Positions 11,900 to 20,000 of a stretch of DNA of 20,000 bases are shown piece after piece (the first letter of the stretch is position 1; every line of letters starts with the position of its first letter). Source of the stretch: Lama guanicoe (lineage: Eukaryota); contig MU056050.1 of assembly GCA_013239625.1 (NCBI GenBank), positions 7,207,016 to 7,227,015 of the forward strand. Direction: 5' to 3'. The notes under the pieces were generated by a model. It was not told the origin of the DNA. It was given only the letters and a program-made list of their open reading frames with translations, and did not search any database. The position numbers and the translations under genes were made by a program.

Positions 11900-14350
11900 A
11901 TTTGTCAGTCGTGTTACTGCCCCTCATCACCCTGATACTTTGCTCTCTTTCCTTGCCAGGATCTTAATCTCTTGGAGTGGCCAACTTCACCTAGCCCATT
12001 AACTGCTTTCTGGCTAGACAGATTACACTGAAAACTCCTCAGTACCCTTTACTCCTTCACTCTCTTCAAAATCTTTGGCCAAGTTTATCATGCCAATCCC
12101 TAACTCATGGTCACTTGACTCAAATTTCTCTGCTAGTTATCCTGGGCTGCAGAGGACTCTTAGAGGAAGTTGCAGAGTTGGGCAGTCCTAGTCAAAACAG
12201 ACTCATGTTTGCCCTTGCTGCTGGATCTCTTACCTCTCATTGATTTCTTCTTTCCATACTGCCCAGAGCATTTATTACTGATCTGCTCCTCTCCCCTCAT
12301 GGTCTCAGTTCCAAATCATTTCTCTCATCAATGGATGACCAACCTCTTGTTATACAGAGAAGCATGGGCTGTATATATACTTTTAGCTTCACCTCTCTTA
12401 TCTCAGAGGAAGATAGTTCTCTCCTCTCTAAAGCAAACTCCATCTGAATTTGGATCACTTCCCATTCCTCTTCTCTAGGATTTCACTTCCATAATTGCCC
12501 ACAAGTACTTTTTCATTCACAAGCATCATCAGCCTCACACTCTCCATGGCCTCCTTCCCTTCTACTGAACAGCAAACAACAACTTACCTTTAACTTTGTT
12601 TTCAGTTCTAGTCACCATTTACAATATCTGTATTTGCTTTTTCTCAGTACCCAACTTCTTGACCTGTAGTCTTTGTCCACATTCTCTCACTAATGTCACA
12701 TGTTCTGGCCCCTACCTTTATCACTCTACTAAAATAGCTCCTGCTCAACAAACACTGTTCTCCTTTCTTCTTTATAATATCTGATAATTCCATTTATTCC
12801 CTATGTCAATAAATTCTTCTTGGGGGGTTTTATAATCCAATGCTTTTCTAGTTTCCTTCCAGCCTCCCAGACTGCTCTTTTTCTAACTACTCTGAAAACT
12901 CTTCTTCCTTTCCTTCTCCCTTTCTGTAGGTAGTCCTCAAAGTTCTGTATTCAGCCCTTTGTTCTTTCTTACTTATCTTTCACATTAATTTATTCATATT
13001 CTCCAGGCCTCAGTCAACTCCTCTGTACTACTATCTTCTATGCCTTCTACTTTCTTCAACCCTGATTTGTATACAAATCCTTTATATCTGTTTCCTAACT
13101 ACATACCGTCTGAAGCTGATTTTATTACATTCTGCAAATCAGTTCCAGCTGTCAGTTCTACTGTTGTGGGTTGAATTTTTCCTCCTTAAAAAATATGTTG
13201 CATACCCCAGAATGTGACCTTATTTGAAAACAGGATCTTTACAGAAGCAATCAAGTTAAAATGATGTCATTAGGATGAGCTTATAGACTTAAATGACCGT
13301 TGTCCTTATGGGAAAGGGAAATTTGAACACAGAGACAGACACACACACAGGCAGAATGTTATGTGAACATGAAGGCAGAGATTGGGGTGATGCATTTACA
13401 AGCCAAGGAATGTCAAAGATGGCCAGCAAACCACCAGAAGCTAGGAGAGGGGCATGGAACAGATTCTCTCTCACAGCCATCAGAAGGAGCCAACCCTGCT
13501 GGAGCCTTGACCTCAGACTTCTAGCTTCCAGAACTGTAAGACAATAAATTTCTGTTGTTTAAGCCACTCAGTTTGTGGTACTTATTATAGCAGTCCTAGC
13601 AAACTAATACAATCACCAGCCCTCCATTCTTCCAGATTAGAAATCCTAGACTCATTCTGAGTTCTTTCCTTTCTTCATCATCTATATCCAATCTGGCACC
13701 AAAGACTTTATTCCTCCCAAATGACTCCTAGCATCTTTAATCTTAGACTCTCTGTTGCCTCTTTTTCTTCTACCATTTTCCCTTAGTTCCTGTTGCCTTC
13801 ACTACCCCCAACCTACATCATTTTATATCTGAATTCCTATAAAAGTCTCTGGCTTGTTCCTCTTAATCCAAAAAATATCTCTTAAAATATATAATTCATG
13901 TTGCTTTTATCATACAATTGCCATGGTTGAAAGACATGCTTATAGTATCACATTGCCTACTATGCTAAGTCTAAGCTTGGCATTTATAGTCCCTCGTGGT
14001 TTAGAACCATCTTGCCCTCTCAGTCTTTTATACTTATCCTTATTTTGTCTATTTATTTTTATCCATCTTTTTATGTTTTATCCATCATCCTTATAGCCAT
14101 CTTTGAGCCCCGCTCCTTTTCCTCATCCCTCTCTGCATCAAGATGCTTTCTACTTTCTCACCTCTTATCCAAACCTGTTCATCTTTCAAGGCCCTGATCA
14201 ATTTTCACTGATTGCGACTACTCTGGCCCATGCTAATATCTCTTACCCTTGCTGCATTCTAATCAGTACCTTCCAGGTTAGCACCACATGGTATTTTTTA
14301 TATTTTATGTATATTTACATATATTACATCTCTATTTCTATCAGCTTATA
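11900..14350 (+). mobile_element. Highly decayed L2 LINE, split by the MLT1 LTR; boundaries approximate
   Basis: Pyrimidine-rich, with L2-like motifs ctcctctctaaagcaaactcc..ggatc..cccattcc, cactctactaaaatagctc, and cctcaaagttctgtattcagcccttt (decayed PQGSVLGPLLF). Confidence 0.65.
13162..13611 (+). mobile_element. MaLR solo LTR (MLT1C-like)
   Basis: TG...CA termini (tgttgtgggttgaa...gcaaactaataca). Diagnostic gaatgtgaccttattt, ccagcaaaccaccagaagctaggagagg and aataaatttctgttgtttaagcc. Confidence 0.9.
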
Positions 14351-14485
14351 GGACATAGTGCTTCTAAATTAATTGCTCAAACTCCTAAAGTGGGAATAAT
14401 TGGAGGTAAGGGAGAAAAGGAAGGAGACTGGATACCAATGGAAGAGAAAACTTTGGGCTAGAACAATGAAGGGGAACTAGTCTGT

Positions 14486-14667
14486 CAATATTTTCCAAAT
14501 GTGCTCCCTGGACCACCAGCATATAAATCATTTAGGATGTCTGATGAAATTCAGATTCCCAAACCCTATTACAGACCTATTGAATTAGACTCTGCAGCCC
14601 AGAAATCTGAATTTTTAAAGGTAACCTGATGATTCTTATGTATTATATCAAATCTGAAAACTACCAG
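14486..14667. mobile_element. MER5A-like hAT-Charlie non-autonomous DNA transposon
   Basis: caaatgtgctccctggaccaccagcat..cagattccc..cagacctattgaattagactctg..gatgattcttatg..tctgaaaactaccag resembles the MER5A consensus. Confidence 0.75.
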
Positions 14668-15039
14668 TTTAAGTGAAGAAGGCAGAAGATAGATGCTGAA
14701 AGGGAACAGTTCTTATGTTTACTGGGTACATGTACTTTCCATCATGGCTAACAATAGAATGAAATAGTTTCATACTATCATGATTTGCTTTGATGTGATT
14801 CTCCCTCTTCAACACATTACTTTGAGCACAGCAGTCCTTTCTTCCATGGCAAGAATATTTCCAGTACTGAACCACAAATATGGGCTAGCAAGTACAGAGA
14901 ATCTCAAAGAATAGAAATTTTGTGGCACTCCAAAGAAAGGTAACAGACTGCTAGGCTAGCTTTGACTCTTACTTTCTCTGGGAAGTAAATTTAAACAGAA
15001 ACATGGCATAGGCGCTTAGAATTCAAGTTTGGTAGTATT

Positions 15040-15179
<140 letters not shown>

Positions 15180-16214
15180 TTTGAGATCTAGTTGCTTAAG
15201 CTTTTAATTGGAACCAAGCATAACTAAAACATGTAGCTGATTTAGATGAAAACTGAAGACCAGCTCACCGGCTCACACTGAGCAGGATTTCTGCACTTGA
15301 GTACTACAGACGCAAGATAACAAAATTAGATACAATCGAGGGGAAGAAAAATGCACAGAAGTCCTTGAATTAAAATGAATTGAAACCTTCTGGGAGAAAA
15401 GCTATTTGGTAAGCTCCATTAAGTCTATTGTAGATAGCTTTATTTGACAAAGCAGCATCCTGGCATGTGGAACAGGAAAGAAAATAGCTATAAGATGATC
15501 TGTTAGGGAGTTTCCAGTCTCTAAACGAATAAGATTCTGTGCAGTAGCCAATACAGCTTTTAACTCAAAAGAGATACAGAAGCAAAATGCAATTATATAA
15601 CCCTAGTAAGTGCATTCAATCTGAATCTCCCATACATTCCACCCATTTCCCAATAACTCCTCAAACTCAGCAATTTATCAAGTGGATGCTCAAACGTACA
15701 GTTACACACATTTCAGGGTAACACTGGATTAATACTACACAATACTGCAGAACCTGAGGTGGAAACAAACCTACAAGTCAGACATTAATCAGCTAAAAAA
15801 TATCCTGGCTAAATAAACATAAATAATTTGAATAGCTCAATTATTGTTAAACTTTTTTGTTTATTTTGGCTATAAGTTTATAGTAAGTGTTTTCAGTAAT
15901 TAGTTCACTGTCCTGAAAATGTTAACTATTCACTGATTACCAAGGGTTTATTCAATATATATGGAGGTTTATATGTTTAGGGACCTAACATATAGCAAAA
16001 AGAGGACATTCAATGTAACAGTTAACAAGTGCTTTTAAAAAAGTCTGACTTGGTGGTTTTCTTAAGAGTTTTTGTTCTTGGAGTGAAGATTCTGGAATCA
16101 CTCAAGTGGCTAGAACTGTTGACTTCAATATGAAAGTATTAGAACCAATAAATTCTGATTTGCATTATAATCAATCTGTTTTCTGTCTCTGTCTCTGTCT
16201 CTCTCTCACACAGA

Positions 16215-16297
16215 CATAGAGTGGGGACAGTATACTATTATATCTCCAATGTCTAGCAGAGTGCTTGAAATACAATAATTATTAGATGAAGAATGAA
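16215..16297 (+). mobile_element. L2 3' end fragment
   Basis: tatatctccaatgtctagcagagtgcttgaaataca...gaagaatgaa resembles the L2 terminal motif. Confidence 0.5.
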
Positions 16298-16465
16298 TTC
16301 ACTTAACCATCACAAAATCTTTTTTGATGGTGTTTATAAGGTATTTCTCATAAGTGTGGAAGCTGAGGCTCACTGGGGAAGACGTCCTTCCTGTGTCAAG
16401 AAAGGCAGAGCTGGGACTAGAACTTAGGTGTTCTAACTTTAGGTCCAGTGTTTTGTCCACCGTAT
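16298..16465 (-). mobile_element. MIR SINE fragment
   Basis: ggaagctgaggctca..ggcagagctgggactagaacttaggtgttctaactttaggtccagtgttttgtccac matches reverse-complement MIR. Confidence 0.65.
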
Positions 16466-16789
16466 CTTACAGACTCCTAAGATTGTCTAGAATGGTTTTC
16501 CTGGAAACAATGTCCTCTGGCTGATATTTTAATCCCCTCCATGGTAATCCCCTCCTCAGATGTTTTGTTATGAAATTGAAGGGTGGTGTGTTATACTGTT
16601 CAACAGGTTTGCCATATGAATTCCTCTGGGGACCCAGGCTATGGCCACAGGGTGAGACACAGTGAGGTTGTGACTACACTAGGTATGAGCAAAAGCCTTT
16701 ACCCAGACAACTGTTTGCAGACTCTTGTTTGATTCCTAATAAACCTCCAAGTAACCACAATGGAAGGCAGCAGATGGGTAGACTCATAT

Positions 16790-17085
16790 ATTGTAGATAT
16801 TTCCCCTTAGTTTATAGATTATCTTTTAACTTTGTGATTTTTAAAGAGAAATATTTAATTTTTATGCTGATACTTTTATCATAAATATCATTTATGATTT
16901 CTCTCTTTGGAGATTTTCATCTCAAATTACATAACCAACTCTTATATTTTCCAGAATTTCTTTTGTTATGTATATGGTTGTTTTTTACATTTGAATCTTA
17001 AATCCATCTCATATTAATTTTGAGGTAAGGTATGAGTGATATAGGGATCTAACTATTTTTCCTGAAAGTTTGGCTAGTTACCTAT
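16790..17085 (-). mobile_element. Old L1ME-like ORF2 fragment
   Basis: T-rich, with tttttacatttgaatcttaaatccatctcatattaattttg..ggtatgag..agggatctaactattttt, typical of antisense old L1. Confidence 0.6.
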
Positions 17086-17263
17086 TTATGCATATAGCTC
17101 TCTCATAGTTTCTACTGTGGAGCATGTTACTAATAAATCCAACCCAAATATAGAACAATGGTGCCTAAATGTCCAGCACACCTCAGAAAAAGAAGTCCAC
17201 TTACAGTTAGGTACTATGATGGAAGAGGGGGCTAAATTAGGACTACAGTAAATCCTGTAGCCA

Positions 17264-17386
17264 CAGGGTTGAAATTCAGCCAGTGTGTACTTATATGGCC
17301 TCATCAATTGCTTCTAGCTTGTTCCAGTCTGATAGGTTTGTGCCCATAACTTACCTATTGTTAACAGTTTTAAAATGTCATCCCTG
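17264..17386. mobile_element. 123-bp hAT-like MITE with imperfect 13-bp terminal inverted repeats
   Basis: Left end cagggttgaaatt; reverse complement of the right end is cagggatgacatt (11/13). No TSD preserved. Confidence 0.55.
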
Positions 17387-17430
17387 CAAGTGGATGTTAT
17401 TTAAATAAAGTAAAGCAGAATTATCTTTAC

Positions 17431-17545
17431 CTGATTCCTCAGTTTCTTTTGTTTCTGTTGTTTCTTCTATTTCATCATCAGACATCTCCATTTCTTCTTC
17501 TCGCCTGATTCCCATTAATTCATCATTATGTATGTTGCGAATTTC
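17431..17545 (-). CDS. ENOX2: ENOX2 internal coding exon (115 bp, phase 0 to 1): EIRNIHNDELMGIRREEEMEMSDDEIEETTETKETEES+G
   Basis: Minus strand reads cttag|GAAATTCGC...GAGGAATCAG|gtaaag, with canonical acceptor and donor. The peptide matches recalled ENOX2 (EEIRNIHNDELMGIRREEEMEMSDDEIEE). Its last G joins CC of the next exon to make Ala. Confidence 0.95.
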
Positions 17546-18249
17546 CTAAGGTTAAAAGGTATGATTTTTAAGTGGAAAGCCTTGAAAATTTGAGGAAGTA
17601 AACAGAATTAAGGATAAGGTAAAGAAGGTTTTCTTTTAAACATGTAACAAAACTTCAGTATTCTTAAGGCAAAGGGGCATGTTGAGGCTGAGGGGAGTCT
17701 CAATAGACAAAGCAGACTTTATGTACTCTGTCCTGCATAAGGCTTTCTTTCCATACACAGAGATCTGGCAGTCAATGGTTCTTGTATCTCTCCCATTTTA
17801 GAAAGTATCTCATTTTAGAAAGTACCGTTGGCCATGAAAGACCTCGCACCTCTTACTCATGTGGAATTTTGGACTTTCCTTAAGTTTCTGTCATGTTTGC
17901 CTTCCCATGTCAAATCTTCTGATTTTGCTGCTATCCATCCTCTTTCCTCTTTCCTTACAGTCTTACTCAACAGAACTCTTAATCAAACTTTTGCAGGTTT
18001 AGGAGTTACACTAACAATGAGGTGTCAGGACTGAACTCTTACCATATCAACCCTTCCATACATAATAACTATATTCTCTGAACAAAAATGAAACCCAGCT
18101 AAACCCCTAACTACTTGATGGCATTGGAGACTGAACAAAAGCAGGAATATTCTGAAGAGGAGCTGACACTTGGAAGAAGGGTTTCAGTTTTAAAGGGCCT
18201 TTTAGTCTGAGAACAGACCACAGTTTGCACCTCACAAAGAAATAAAGAA

Positions 18250-19585
18250 GAGAGTTCAGGGCACTGGAAAGTGAGGAGGGGATCCTAGAAAGTAGATAGC
18301 CAAAGAGAGAGGGATCCAAATTTTGTATGTAAGACCCTTTCAAATTTCTGCATGACTCCTGAACCATGAAAGCACAGGGCAGATTCCAAACAACACAGCT
18401 AAGGCTAAAAAACTAAACTAAGATTTGAGCTGCCGTCTAAGAGAAACAATTTCCAGCTTAAACTCAATGAAGTAAATTGACCATTAATTCTTGGAAAGAA
18501 CGAAACAGAATCCAGAGACTTAAAAGCAAAATATTCACAATATGCAGGCAAAGCCCCCAATTAATTAACATACCTCCAAGAACTAGGATGAGATGACCCA
18601 TTTTCAAGAGAAAAGACAATCAACAGAAACCAGGCTTGAAATGAACCAGAAATGGCAATTAGCAGAACACGGAGTTAAAGCAGCTATTATTACTATCTCA
18701 GTGATGTAATGGAAATATGTTAATAAAAAATGAAAAAATAGGGAATCTTAGCAGAGAAATAGAAACCTTCAAGAACAAAATGGAAATTCTAAAACTGAAA
18801 AATATGGTATCTGAAATAAAAGTAATTGGATGAGCTTAACAGTAGAATAGAGATGACAAAATAAAGAGAGAGATAAAAAGAGAACAAAACAAATTTACCC
18901 AATTGAAGAATAGAGAGAAACTAAAAAACTAAAAAAAAAAAATAAAAAAAAGAATAGAGAGAAACTAACTGGATCACAGAGAGGAAAGATTAAATGATTC
19001 AAAATATTTGAAGGAAAAATAGTTGAAGATTTCTCAAACTTGATGAAATATATTAATCTGTATATTCAAAGAACTCAATGAACCCCAAGCAAGGTATATG
19101 TAAAGAAACATTTTGTCTAGGAACACGGAGTCAAACTGCTGAAAACGAAACATTAAGAGAAACTCTTTAAGTCTTTAGTAAACTAAATTTATTGCGATAA
19201 TCATTTCACAATACATTTAAGTCAAGTCACTATGCTGTATGCCTTAAAGTTATACAGTGCTGTATGCCAATTATAGCTCAATAAAACTGGGGGATAAAAA
19301 GAGATACTCTTAAAAGAAGCCAGAAAAAAAAACACATTATATACATGGGAACAACAATTTGAATACTTTGATTTCTTTCAGAAAAAATAAAGGCCAGAAG
19401 TCAGGGGAGCAATATCTTTAAAGCACAAGAAGACACAAAAAAATCTGTTTATTCAGAGTTCTGTATGCAGAGAAAAATTCTTTCAAGAATGAAGATGAGA
19501 TAAATATATTTTGAGACAAATGTAAATGCAAGTGTTTGTCACCCCAAGACTTGCACTATAAGCAGAGTTGAAGAAAGTTCTTTAG
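18250..19585 (+). mobile_element. Ancient L1M (L1MC/ME-like) 5'UTR and ORF1 remnant with nested insertions; left boundary approximate
   Basis: cagctaaggctaaaaaactaaactaagatttgagctgcc 5' motif. ORF1-like ttaaagcagctattat, gaactcaatgaaccccaagcaagg and tctttcaagaatgaagatgagataaa, ending in ttgaagaaagttctttag. Confidence 0.75.
19171..19298 (+). mobile_element. Short L1 3'-end insertion (different 3'UTR type from the young L1s) with degenerate 16-bp TSD
   Basis: ttattgcgataatcatttcacaata..atgctgtatgccttaaagttatacagtgctgtatgccaattatagctcaataaaactgg. Flanks are aagagaaactctttaa (19155-19170) and aagagatactcttaaa (19299-19314). Confidence 0.8.
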
Positions 19586-20000
19586 AAACTATGTGGAACC
19601 AAACTGGATAACCTAGAGGAGATGGACAAGTTTCTGGAAACATACTGTCCACCAAAACTGAATCAAGAAGAAACTGAACACTTGAACAATCCGATCACTA
19701 GAAAGGAAATAGAAATAGCAATTAAAAACCTCCCTACAAATAAAAGTCCAGGACCAGACGGCTTCACTGGGGAATTCTACCAAGCATACAAAGAAGAACT
19801 CATACCAGTCCTTCTCAAACTCTTCCAGACGATTGAAAAGGAGGGAATACTCCCAAACTCATTCTATGAAGCCACCATCACCCTGATACCAAAACCAGGC
19901 AAAGACACTACAAAAAAAGAGAATTATAGGCCAATATCACTGATGAACATAGACGCCAAAATCCTCACCAAAATTTTAGCAAATAGAATCCAACAACACA
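19586..20000 (+). mobile_element. Young 5'-truncated L1, ORF2 Z-domain to start of RT, running off the window edge
   Basis: 138 open codons (19586-19999): [20 protein letters not shown]...[14 protein letters not shown]...[50 protein letters not shown]. Confidence 0.95.

Noticed and set aside
13289..13547. Overlapping 63-aa and 84-aa ORFs
   Set aside because: Lie entirely within the MLT1 LTR; chance open frames.
16560..16750. Possible ancient LTR fragment ending near aataaa
   Set aside because: I could not match it to a family or find termini, so it is too uncertain to call.
17794..17824. Direct repeat cattttagaaagta x2 (period 17)
   Set aside because: Simple local tandem duplication. Two units only, so not an array and not CRISPR-like.

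Overview
Mammalian genomic DNA, most likely camelid (alpaca/camel), judged from Vic-1-like tRNA-derived SINEs and the L1 3' UTR. The window is an internal part of ENOX2 (tNOX/COVA1; X-linked in human) on the minus strand. Three coding exons (17545-17431, 4862-4681, 2524-2417) have canonical AG/GT boundaries and splice in frame to EIRNIHNDELMGIRREEEMEMSDDE...AEALKEENDSLRWQLDAYRNEVELLKQEQ...HLLKVQEEYKRKEAELEK...LENLKEK. The rest is intron, dominated by nested transposons: two old L1M elements, younger L1 pieces, two SINEs, L2, MIR, an MLT1 solo LTR, MER5A, a small hAT-like MITE and a (GA)n microsatellite. Almost all ORF-track entries are L1 remnants or spurious. I see no evidence of a novel biological system. 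The most interesting observations concern retrotransposition: two independent insertions at the homologous site of two old L1s, a poly(A)-only insertion with a 19-bp TSD, a SINE with extra 3' sequence inside its TSDs, an old/young L1 junction without a TSD, and a young L1 with an open ORF2 at the right edge. Repeat family names and human comparisons are from memory, not a database search.
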